Shown here: one piece after another, positions 1 through 8,431 of the stretch | Position numbering within the stretch: position 1 is the stretch's first letter | How the letters are laid out: every line of letters starts with the position of its first letter | Assembly (NCBI GenBank): GCA_964441195.1 | Contig: CAYTXN010000001.1 | Location: 1 to 52,230, forward strand | Reading direction: 5' to 3' | DNA from: an uncultured Limnohabitans sp. | GTDB taxonomy: Bacteria; Bacteroidota; Bacteroidia; Cytophagales; Cyclobacteriaceae | DNA: 52,230 nt | Notes under the pieces: model-generated | The model's database searches: none | Told to the model about the DNA's origin: nothing | Seen by the model: only the letters and a program-made list of their open reading frames with translations | Translations under genes and position numbers: made by a program

Positions 1-515
1 AAAAAGACATCCGCACTTCGCTGATACAACTGGCAAGAAAGTTTGCCATCGGCTACATAAAACTGAAAAATTGAATGGCAAGGAGGTAAGGCCATGTGAT
101 CCACATCGGCCACATTCCAAGCGCTTACGATATGTCGGCGGCTGTCCGGTTTTGTTTTGATCTGGTGAATTAGATTTTTGATTTGGTCGATTTCACCGCC
201 TTTGCCATCGGGCCAGTGTCTCCACTGATAGCCATAGACCGGGCCAAGATCCCCGTTTTCATCGGCCCATTCGTTCCATATCGATACGCCATTTTCCTTA
301 AGCCAAGTGACATTGGAATCACCTCTGAGAAACCAAAGCAATTCGACAATGATGGAGCGTAAATGAAGTTTTTTGGTGGTAACTACAGGAAATCCTTCTG
401 CCAAATTGAACCGCATCTGATGTCCAAAAATACTGATGGTTCCGGTTCCGGTTCGGTCTGTTTTTTTGACTCCTTCATTAAGGATACGCTTCATCAAATC
501 GTGGTACTGCTGCAT
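1..515 (-). CDS. thyA: Thymidylate synthase (5' part; runs off the window start)
   Basis: Manual translation from the ATG at 515: [61 protein letters not shown], the classic ThyA motifs. Absent from the ORF track because it is truncated. Confidence 0.97.
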   Translation of the reverse strand, partial: MQQYHDLMKRILNEGVKKTDRTGTGTISIFGHQMRFNLAEGFPVVTTKKLHLRSIIVELLWFLRGDSNVTWLKENGVSIWNEWADENGDLGPVYGYQWRHWPDGKGGEIDQIKNLIHQIKTKPDSRRHIVSAWNVADVDHMALPPCHSIFQFYVADGKLSCQLYQRSADVF

Positions 516-639
516 GTGTCTTGAGAAAATTCTTTGTCGGCAAGTTAAGCGATTCGAATAATTTATAAACAATTTCATCGCTTTGCTTTTTTAAAAAGTA
601 ACTTCATTTCAGGAATCAAATTCAATTTTACCAAATCAA

Positions 640-2901
640 ATGTTCAGCAAACAAACTGCATTACCTCTTTTTGGATTTGGTATTTTTTTAAGTGTTTTGA
701 TTATAATTTTTCCTCCAACTCTCACTTTCGATTACGATTTTGAGCAGTTTTTCCCACAGGATGATCCGGATTTGGCTTTCTATCAACAGTTTGAACGAGA
801 CTTCGAAAGCGATAACGATTACCTACTGATAGCACTTCAAAATGATCAAGGAAGCTTAACTGAAAAACTTTTTCTCGAGAAAACTCACGCTGTCAATAAT
901 GAAATTTCATCACTTCCCGGAGTTGACACTTTAATTTCAATTCTTGATCTGGAGATTCCCGTCATTGGATTTTTTGGGATTAGCTATTCAAAAGTTCTCA
1001 ATTGGAGTGATGCCGAACAGCTGAATCAATCAAAGTCCAACCTAGATCAATTTAAAGGTTCGCTGGTCTCCTCTGATGGTGAAAGTTTGCTTTTTTTGAT
1101 AAAAAATGATCCCAATCTGAGTAAAGAACAAGGCGATACGCTTTATCGGGAGATTCAGGAAGTTTTCTTGGAAAATAAAATTAGTCCAAAAGCTGTTGCG
1201 GGAAAAATTCAGACTCAAGGGGATTTCGTTACCCTGATGCAAACTGAATTTGGGCAGTTTCTCGGTGCGTCTTTGGTTCTGATTCTGCTGACTTTGGTGC
1301 TAATCTTTCGAAGCTGGTGGGGAGTACTTGTGCCAGTTTTGGTTTTAGGCATTGGAATTTTATGGTCCTTTTCGATGATTTTGTATTCGGGCAAGCAACT
1401 TGACATCATGTCTGTGATGCAGCCTACCATTTTCCTAATCGTAGGATTGAGTGCGCTAGTCCATTATTTTACTCATTTGATTAAAAAACTCAACTCGGGA
1501 AAAACGAAAAATGAAGCGATCTATGAGACTTTTCGAGAACTGACTTTTGCGGTTGGTTTGACCATTTTTACAACGGCAGTTGGATTTTTGTCACTTTACT
1601 TCACCTCCATTCCGGCATTGAAGGCATTTGGCCTCTGGACTGGTCTTGGGGTTATTGCACTCTTTTTTGCCTTAGTCATTCTTACTCCTGGCTTGCTTTA
1701 CCTATTTCCATTGTCGAGAGTTAAGCAAACAAAAAACCAATCAATTTCCATTCTTCAGAGATTATTTTCCTTGGTTTTGGTGAATAAAAAATTAGTACTC
1801 ATTGGCTTTTCAAGTGTGACTATCATTAGCATTCTTTTGGGATTCCAACTCAAAGTCAATGGTTATCTATTGGACAATTTGCCCCTTGATCATCCAATCC
1901 AAGAGGATTTTAAATTTTTTGATAAGCAATTTGGAGGATCAAATCCACTGGAAATTTATCTGGAGGCTGGTGATAGCGTAAATTCACTTTTCGATTTCGA
2001 AGTGTTGAAAGAAATTGGAAAATTGGAAACAAAGCTTTTGGAAACTTTCGGAGAAAGGCAACTAATCTCACCTCTGAGTCTTGTCAAGACCTTGAATCAG
2101 GCGCAAAATCAAGGAAGTCCATCGGCATTTTCTTTTCCATCGCAGGGTCAGTATCTCAGGATGCGTCGCTATTTGGATCAGATTCTCAAATTGAATGTGG
2201 CAAAAGTGATCAGCACAGATCAACAAACAGGTAGAATAAGTACGCGAGTGGCCGATTTGGGAAGCTTGGAAATGGGAAAAAGGCGGGCAGAAATTCTTGA
2301 GTTTGTTAAGAATGAAGTCAATCCTGAATTGCTGAAAGTTCGCTGGACTGGAACAGCCTATTTGATTGAAAGGGGACATGAATCCGTGACTCGCCAAATG
2401 GTTCAGGGATTACTCGTTGCTTTTGCAGTGGTTGGATTGGTCGCTGGATTTTTGTTTCGCTCTTGGAGGCTTTCCTTTATTTTATTGATTCCCAATATCA
2501 TCCCTTTAGTATGGATGCTAGGTTTGATGTATCTGCTGGGAATCGAATTTAAATTGACGACATCAATTCTGTTTACTGTGGCATTTGGGATTGCCGTGGA
2601 CGATTCGATTCATTTTATGTCCAAATTAAAGACTGAGTTGGATACCGGTAAAAACCTACTTTATGCGATCAAAAGGACATTTTTGGAGGCTGGGCGCGCT
2701 ATCATTCTCACGACCCTAATTCTGGTAGCTGGATTTGCGTTGCTAAGTTTCAGCCAATTTGGAGTCACTCATTTTACAGGCTTGTTGATCAGTTTTACGC
2801 TTGTTTTCGCGCTTTTAGCAGATTTATTCCTTTTGCCACTTTTACTTTTTCCCCTGAAAAAAGTATGGGATAAAAAAGCCGCTGCCAGAGTTAAGGCTTG
2901 A
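640..2901 (+). CDS. MMPL/RND-family efflux transporter
   Basis: 753 aa with two repeats of TM + periplasmic loop + 5 TM; GIAVDDSIH motif in the second repeat. Confidence 0.88.
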   Translation: MFSKQTALPLFGFGIFLSVLIIIFPPTLTFDYDFEQFFPQDDPDLAFYQQFERDFESDNDYLLIALQNDQGSLTEKLFLEKTHAVNNEISSLPGVDTLISILDLEIPVIGFFGISYSKVLNWSDAEQLNQSKSNLDQFKGSLVSSDGESLLFLIKNDPNLSKEQGDTLYREIQEVFLENKISPKAVAGKIQTQGDFVTLMQTEFGQFLGASLVLILLTLVLIFRSWWGVLVPVLVLGIGILWSFSMILYSGKQLDIMSVMQPTIFLIVGLSALVHYFTHLIKKLNSGKTKNEAIYETFRELTFAVGLTIFTTAVGFLSLYFTSIPALKAFGLWTGLGVIALFFALVILTPGLLYLFPLSRVKQTKNQSISILQRLFSLVLVNKKLVLIGFSSVTIISILLGFQLKVNGYLLDNLPLDHPIQEDFKFFDKQFGGSNPLEIYLEAGDSVNSLFDFEVLKEIGKLETKLLETFGERQLISPLSLVKTLNQAQNQGSPSAFSFPSQGQYLRMRRYLDQILKLNVAKVISTDQQTGRISTRVADLGSLEMGKRRAEILEFVKNEVNPELLKVRWTGTAYLIERGHESVTRQMVQGLLVAFAVVGLVAGFLFRSWRLSFILLIPNIIPLVWMLGLMYLLGIEFKLTTSILFTVAFGIAVDDSIHFMSKLKTELDTGKNLLYAIKRTFLEAGRAIILTTLILVAGFALLSFSQFGVTHFTGLLISFTLVFALLADLFLLPLLLFPLKKVWDKKAAARVKA

Positions 2902-3934
2902 AACCATCCCAGGTAAATGTCGCCGTGACCGGGTAATGATCAGAATAATCCACTTCTCGATGGGTGTTGAAATGAATTGGCTTAAGGCTGGGATCCGCAA
3001 AAATGTGGTCAATCCGTAGGAAAAATAGGACCCGATTGTAAGTGAATTCAAATCCTCTTCCAGCCTTTTCGAAGGAATTAACCAACTTTTGGCCCAATTT
3101 GAAGTAGGCATACGAATAAGGGATTTCATTCAAGTCTCCCATCAAAATCACTGGATGCGGACTATTGCTGAGATGCTCAAAAAGAATAGACAGTTGTTGA
3201 GTTCGAGCTAAGCTTCCACGGTGAAGCTTTCCAAGCGTTTGTCTGTAAATCAACTTAGCCTGTTCGTAATTTTCGAATGATTCAGCCTCAATTGCCATAG
3301 ATTCTAAGTGAGTATTGTAAACTCGGATCGTATCTCCCCCTACCTGAATGTCAGCAAAAATGGTCCCGTTATTTCTGTTGTTATCAAACACAACCCCTTC
3401 GTTTACAATTGGATATCTGGAAAATATAACCATTCCATAGGCTCTGTTTCTTCCTCTTCCATCTACTTCGTGAAAGGAATGCTCGTATTCCCCGTTTTTG
3501 CCGATTATTTTGAGGGCATTTCTACCAGCTGAAGTATAATCCTGATAAAATTCCTGAATTACTTTGATATCGGCCGGATGTTCAGCCAGCCAGGTAAACA
3601 CATTGGGATCGCTAGCAGGAGCATCCTCTACCTTATAAAAAAATCCATGGGCATTGTAAGTCAAAACTTTAAGACCTTCCGCCTCCTCATTTCTAGGATG
3701 AATTTGAAATGAAATCATTAAAAATTTGAATCCGATGAGCAAAGTTATAAATGGAAAAAAAGCAAGTCTTCTCCATGCCAAAATCAAAATTGCCAGTAGG
3801 AAGAGGTTGACAAGGAGAATAGCGGGAATTAAAAAAGGGAGAAGCCCAGCGTAACGAAATACCTCCGGCGAAATAAAAACACTCGAAAATAGGAGTAGAG
3901 ATATGAAAAATACCAGTGCGGTTATAAACTTCAT
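2891..3934 (-). CDS. Endonuclease/exonuclease/phosphatase (EEP) family protein with N-terminal TM segments
   Basis: Motifs LTYN, IQE, NTHL, MGDLN, RIDHIF, SDHYPV. Confidence 0.9.
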   Translation of the reverse strand: MKFITALVFFISLLLFSSVFISPEVFRYAGLLPFLIPAILLVNLFLLAILILAWRRLAFFPFITLLIGFKFLMISFQIHPRNEEAEGLKVLTYNAHGFFYKVEDAPASDPNVFTWLAEHPADIKVIQEFYQDYTSAGRNALKIIGKNGEYEHSFHEVDGRGRNRAYGMVIFSRYPIVNEGVVFDNNRNNGTIFADIQVGGDTIRVYNTHLESMAIEAESFENYEQAKLIYRQTLGKLHRGSLARTQQLSILFEHLSNSPHPVILMGDLNEIPYSYAYFKLGQKLVNSFEKAGRGFEFTYNRVLFFLRIDHIFADPSLKPIHFNTHREVDYSDHYPVTATFTWDGFKP

Positions 3935-4170
3935 TTAGGTGGGGTTGAGAGCAATTGAAGAAACCCGAATTCAAAAGTGGCAAATTTTGATCCAATTTCC
4001 GTGTTGATCACTTCATTTGAATTTGAAAATCAGTTTTCTATCAAGAGAAGAAATGGCAATACAACAAGGGGAAGGTGATTTAATCATGAACCTATTTTCT
4101 GTCTACTATTTGGAATCACATGATTTGGATTAATTTTACGTACTTACCCAATAAATTAATCATTCCCACT

Positions 4171-4734
4171 ATGAAAAAGCTTTCTACTCAATGGTTGATC
4201 GCGCTGACTTGTGCTTTTTTCTTATCCTGTCAGCCAAAATCTACTGAAACTACAGTGGATTTAACTCCTGAAGAAACCGAATCAGAAGCCGAACAAAGAC
4301 CAAGTCCATTGGAAATCAAAGAAGGTCAAGTTGCCGGAAAATCGATAAGCGTCCATTACGGTTCACCATCAGTGAAAGGTAGGACAATCTGGGGCGATCT
4401 AGTTCCTTACAATGTAGTCTGGAGAACGGGTGCCAACGAGGCGACCTATATCGAACTTTCTCAAGATGTCAGAGTAGAAGGTAAAACCCTCCCTGCAGGT
4501 AAATACTCCTTGTTTACTATTCCAAAAGAAAGTGGACCTTGGACTGTGATTTTCAATTCAGATTGGGATCTGGAGCATGGGCATTTTCAATATGATGAAA
4601 AAAATGATGTACTCCGAGTGGAGTCAGTACCAATTTGGGAAACTTCCATTTCAGAAAAACTGACCATAGATATCGAGTCGCCTGGTCTTGTAATCCGCTG
4701 GGAGAAATTGAAATTACCCGTCTCCATTCAATAA
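4171..4734 (+). CDS. DUF2911 family lipoprotein
   Basis: RPSP, YGSPSVKGRTIWGDLVPYNVVWRTGANEAT and AGKYSLFTIP motifs. The ATG at 4171 gives a signal peptide ending FLSC and is preferred over the ORF-track start at 4120. Confidence 0.88.
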   Translation: MKKLSTQWLIALTCAFFLSCQPKSTETTVDLTPEETESEAEQRPSPLEIKEGQVAGKSISVHYGSPSVKGRTIWGDLVPYNVVWRTGANEATYIELSQDVRVEGKTLPAGKYSLFTIPKESGPWTVIFNSDWDLEHGHFQYDEKNDVLRVESVPIWETSISEKLTIDIESPGLVIRWEKLKLPVSIQ

Positions 4735-4748
4735 TCTTAATCATTAAG

Positions 4749-4780
4749 AAGTCCCTAGTCTATCGGCTGGGGACTTTTTT
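4749..4780 (+). terminator. Rho-independent terminator after the DUF2911 gene
   Basis: AAGTCCCTAGTC-TATC-GGCTGGGGACTT (12-bp stem with two G-U pairs) running into a T tract. Confidence 0.85.
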
Positions 4781-4868
4781 GTTATATTTTGGAAGTTTTA
4801 ATCATTCGTAAGCCTGAATAATACCTTCCCTACTACAGAATTTATCACCCTACCCAGTCCACTATTTG

Positions 4869-7283
4869 ATGAAGTACTTTTCCTTCTTTCTGGTTTTGGC
4901 CATAACCATAGCTTTGGCTGTATTGGTTTCCCGACCTTTCGGTCAAATCCCCCCAATTGCCCCACTTCTGGATCCAAATCATGGTTTTTGGCAGAATTCA
5001 CTGAGTGAAAATCAGCTAGCTACAGAAGAAATCGAACTGGAAAATCTTTCTGCCCCTGTGGAAGTGGTATTTGACCAAAACCTAATCCCGCATATTTTTG
5101 CCCAAAATGAACTGGATCTTTATCGGGCTCAAGGATATGTCACTGCGCAGCATAGGCTTTGGCAGATGGAGTTTCAGACAATGGCAGCAGCGGGGAGAAT
5201 TTCCGAAATCGTGGGCCCGATCGCTGTCGAATTGGATCGAATGACCCGAAGAAAAGGATTGGCTTTTGGTGCAGAAGTTGGGTTAAAATACATCGAAGAA
5301 AATGATCCTGAGACGCTTCTACTCGTGGAGGCCTATGCGGATGGTGTGAACCAATATATATCCCAACTTACAAATGCAAGACTTCCCGTAGAGTATAAGA
5401 TTTTAAACTATCGACCCGAACCTTGGTCAGCTTATAAATCGCTTTTGCTTTTGAAGTACATGTCCGATATGCTAGTCGGAGACCGTGATTTGGAATATAC
5501 CAATCTAAGGAAAATCCTAGGTGAAGCGAGCTTAAATAAACTTTTCCCCGATTTCCCAACAGAAAATGATCCAATCATCGAAGCAGAAAAAACTTGGGAC
5601 TTTAATCCAATTCCGGTTTCAAAGCCAGATTCTATCAATTATCCTGACAATACGCTGCTGATCGCCCCACTTACCCAACCAATAGAAGGTACAGGATCCA
5701 ACAATTGGGCAGTCTCAGGCAAAAAGACAAAAAGTGGGAATCCAATATTGGCTAACGATCCACACTTGAGTTTGAATTTACCCTCACTTTGGTATGCGAT
5801 GCAGTTGAGTACCCCGACTCACAGTGTGAAAGGTGCGACATTGCCAGGAGCATTGGGAGTGATTTCTGGATTTAATCAAGATATTGCTTGGGGAGTTACC
5901 AATGCCACCAAAGATGCCCGTGATTGGTACAAAATCACCTTTCAGGATGAAAGCCGGACTGCTTACAAGTTTGGAGAGGAATGGAGGCAGTCAAATTTTC
6001 GGGTAGAAGAGATAAAAGTCAAAGGGCAAGAAACAGTCTTGGACACGGTGGTTTATACACACCATGGACCTGTTGTCTATGATAGAACTTTTCGCAGCGA
6101 AAAGCAGGATGTGAATTTTTCATTAAAGTGGACGGTCCATATGGGCTCCAATGAGCAAAAAACCTTTATTCTCATGAATAAGGCTAAAAACTTTGCAGAC
6201 TACAATACCGCATTGGATAATTACAGCTCTCCCGCACAAAACTTCGTTTTTTCTTCAAGATCAGGAGACATCGGAATGCGAATCCAAGGTAAATTCCCCT
6301 TGAAATGGCCAGGTCAAGGTAAATTCTTAATGGATGGAGCTAATCCTAAGATGGAGTGGCAAGGGTATATTCCAAATGAGCATAATCCGGTAACCCTAAA
6401 TCCTGTGCGTGGTTTTGTTTCTTCTGCAAATCAACATCCGGTTGATCCGTCTTATCCTTACTACGTCTTCGACAATTCCTATGAGCATTATCGAAATAGA
6501 CGTCTCAATCGAAGGCTTCGGGAAATGGATCAGATCACTGTCGAAGATATGAAGGCCCTGCAATTTGATGATTATAATCTTCAGGCGGCCGAGGCCCTTC
6601 CAGTGTTGCTAAAACTGCTCGGGAATTATAAGTCGGATTCACCTAAAGCAGAAAAATATCTTCAAGAAATTAGGTCTTGGGATTTTTATGCGGATCCAAA
6701 TCAAAAAGGTCAAACTCTCTACTCAATTTGGGCATCAGAAACTTCTGAAAGTATCTGGAGAGAATTCATGGATCAAGGGGTGCCAGTCGTCCGTCCAAAT
6801 ACTTATCAGACTGTGGAATTATTAGCCAGTTTCCCAACAGATTCAATATTTGATCTTCAATCAACCGAAAGTATTGAAACAGCAGAATACCATGTAAAGG
6901 CTGGGTTTGATTCCATGCTTGTCGAAATGAATCAGTGGGAGTTTGAGGAAGGAGATTATTCTTGGGCAAATTTTAAAAAAACAACCATTCAGCATTTGGT
7001 GCCAAATTTTAAATCTTTTTCTGCTGTAAATGTTTACACCGGAGGAGGTTCAGGAATGTTGAATGCAACAGGAAGTAGGCATGGAGCAAGTTGGAGAATG
7101 ATTGTGGAACTTGGTCCTGAAATTCAAGCATTTGGAGTTTATCCAGGTGGACAATCAGGGAATCCTGGCAGTAAATTTTATGCGAATTTTATCTCCATTT
7201 GGGCTAATGGAGAATACTTGGATTTTAACCTGAGAATCCTTGAAAATCAAGAAAATGTTCTTTTCAAAACTACCTTAAAGTAA
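4869..7283 (+). CDS. Penicillin acylase family (Ntn-hydrolase; possible acyl-homoserine-lactone acylase)
   Basis: IPHIFA, AQGYVTAQHRLWQM, catalytic GSNNWAV, LANDPHL, PGGQSGNPGS; N-terminal TM anchor. Confidence 0.92.
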   Translation: MKYFSFFLVLAITIALAVLVSRPFGQIPPIAPLLDPNHGFWQNSLSENQLATEEIELENLSAPVEVVFDQNLIPHIFAQNELDLYRAQGYVTAQHRLWQMEFQTMAAAGRISEIVGPIAVELDRMTRRKGLAFGAEVGLKYIEENDPETLLLVEAYADGVNQYISQLTNARLPVEYKILNYRPEPWSAYKSLLLLKYMSDMLVGDRDLEYTNLRKILGEASLNKLFPDFPTENDPIIEAEKTWDFNPIPVSKPDSINYPDNTLLIAPLTQPIEGTGSNNWAVSGKKTKSGNPILANDPHLSLNLPSLWYAMQLSTPTHSVKGATLPGALGVISGFNQDIAWGVTNATKDARDWYKITFQDESRTAYKFGEEWRQSNFRVEEIKVKGQETVLDTVVYTHHGPVVYDRTFRSEKQDVNFSLKWTVHMGSNEQKTFILMNKAKNFADYNTALDNYSSPAQNFVFSSRSGDIGMRIQGKFPLKWPGQGKFLMDGANPKMEWQGYIPNEHNPVTLNPVRGFVSSANQHPVDPSYPYYVFDNSYEHYRNRRLNRRLREMDQITVEDMKALQFDDYNLQAAEALPVLLKLLGNYKSDSPKAEKYLQEIRSWDFYADPNQKGQTLYSIWASETSESIWREFMDQGVPVVRPNTYQTVELLASFPTDSIFDLQSTESIETAEYHVKAGFDSMLVEMNQWEFEEGDYSWANFKKTTIQHLVPNFKSFSAVNVYTGGGSGMLNATGSRHGASWRMIVELGPEIQAFGVYPGGQSGNPGSKFYANFISIWANGEYLDFNLRILENQENVLFKTTLK

Positions 7284-7285
7284 TT

Positions 7286-7657
7286 ATGAGATTCATGTTT
7301 TTCACAATTCTGACTGCAATTATCGTGGTGTTTGTTAATCCGATAGTCCCATTTTGGAGCATTATGATCTTGATTTCAATATTAAGCGCATTGATCTATC
7401 CAAATGCCATAGGTGGATTTTTTGGGGGAGGGCTAGGGATGGGATTGACTTGGTTTGGACAAATAATTTATTTGGTCATCAGTACTGGTAGCTCATTGCC
7501 CGACAGGATGGGTGAGTTAATGGGATTAGGGTCTGGGATAACCTTAGTTGCAATTACTGTTCTGGTAGGCTTCGTTCTTGGCGCATTTAGTGGTTGGACT
7601 GGGATTTTATTTAGAAATATGATCCAAAAAACACCTCAAAATGTGTATAAAGGGTAA
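7286..7657 (+). CDS. Small glycine-rich membrane protein of unknown function
   Basis: 123 aa, mostly hydrophobic; starts 2 nt after the acylase stop. Confidence 0.75.
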   Translation: MRFMFFTILTAIIVVFVNPIVPFWSIMILISILSALIYPNAIGGFFGGGLGMGLTWFGQIIYLVISTGSSLPDRMGELMGLGSGITLVAITVLVGFVLGAFSGWTGILFRNMIQKTPQNVYKG

Positions 7658-7725
7658 TTTTTAAATTTCCCGACAATGATGATTTATTGACCGAAAAACG
7701 TGTTTTTATTTTTTCAGTTAATTCG

Positions 7726-7748
7726 AATGAGTACCTTTGTTACTCATT
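7726..7748 (+). promoter_or_regulatory. Palindromic operator AATGAGTA-N7-TACTCATT containing the -7 promoter box TACCTTTG (copy 1)
   Basis: Perfect 8-bp inverted repeat 16 nt before the regulator ATG. Identical arms recur at 30970-30992. 7732-7739 matches the Bacteroidota TAnnTTTG consensus. Confidence 0.75.
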
Positions 7749-7764
7749 ATTTAAATGATTTTTT

Positions 7765-8283
7765 ATGCTTGAATCTTTAATCACTTCAAAGACCCGACTG
7801 CGTCTTTTAATCAAATTTTTTGTGAATTCACAAAATCACAGTCATCTCCGTGGACTAGCAGACGAATTTGGCGAATCTACTAATGCCATTCGAAAAGAAC
7901 TTAATAATTTGACTGGAGCTGGAATTCTGATAAAGCACTCCGAAAAGAATAAAATTGAATACCAAGCCAATATCAAACATCCATTTTATATCAACATCAG
8001 AGATATCATCAGAAAGTATCTTGGACTAGATATGCTTCTGGAACAGATTCTGGAAAGAATGGGCGAAGTAGAACAGGTCGTGCTGACAGGAGATATTGCG
8101 AGAGGAAGCGATACCGGAACTATTGATGTACTGATAACAGGGGCAAAGCTAAATGATGATTACATCAATCATCTTACTCCCAGACTTGAGAAATTAATTG
8201 AACGAAAAGTGTCCTTTACTTTAGAGAGTGGCCGTACTTCAGCAGATGGGTTGATACTTTTTGATCGAGAAGCAGGGATTTAA
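7765..8283 (+). CDS. Winged-helix (ArsR-like) transcriptional regulator with a C-terminal degenerate nucleotidyltransferase-like domain
   Basis: N-terminal SKTRLRLL..HLRGLADEFGESTNAIRKELNNL HTH. C-terminal VVLTGDIARGSDTGTIDVLITG resembles the GSxARG..SDxD motif of minimal nucleotidyltransferases. Confidence 0.8.
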   Translation: MLESLITSKTRLRLLIKFFVNSQNHSHLRGLADEFGESTNAIRKELNNLTGAGILIKHSEKNKIEYQANIKHPFYINIRDIIRKYLGLDMLLEQILERMGEVEQVVLTGDIARGSDTGTIDVLITGAKLNDDYINHLTPRLEKLIERKVSFTLESGRTSADGLILFDREAGI

Positions 8284-8314
8284 TTTTTTTTATTACACTA
8301 AGATTTTGAGTTTT

Positions 8315-8348
8315 GCTAAGCACATCCTGTGACTGAAAGGGCGAAGCT
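8315..8348 (+). promoter_or_regulatory. ops/JUMPstart-like leader element (copy 1)
   Basis: GCTAAG-cacatcc-TGTGACTGAAAGGGCGAAGCT. The 21-nt core matches 31100-31120 at 20 of 21 positions. Both copies precede the first structural gene of a polysaccharide locus. Confidence 0.65.
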
Positions 8349-8373
8349 GGATAAAAAAGCTATTATTAAAGGA

Positions 8374-8396
8374 AATGATGTAATTTTTACATCACT
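8374..8396. repeat. Inverted repeat TGATGTAA-TTT-TTACATCA (possible variant operator or RNA hairpin)
   Basis: Perfect 8-bp arms at 8376-8383 and 8387-8394. Confidence 0.5.
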
Positions 8397-8431
8397 AAAT
8401 TGCGAATCCATTATTTTCAAAGAAAAAAAAA

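Noticed and set aside
7694..7707. AAAAAC-GT-GTTTTT palindrome as a terminator before the regulator
   Set aside because: A 2-nt loop and an almost all A-T stem make it too weak to call.
8423..8431. A9 tract before the TTG start of the export gene as a phase-variable site
   Set aside because: It is non-coding, and A-rich sequence before start codons is normal in Bacteroidota.
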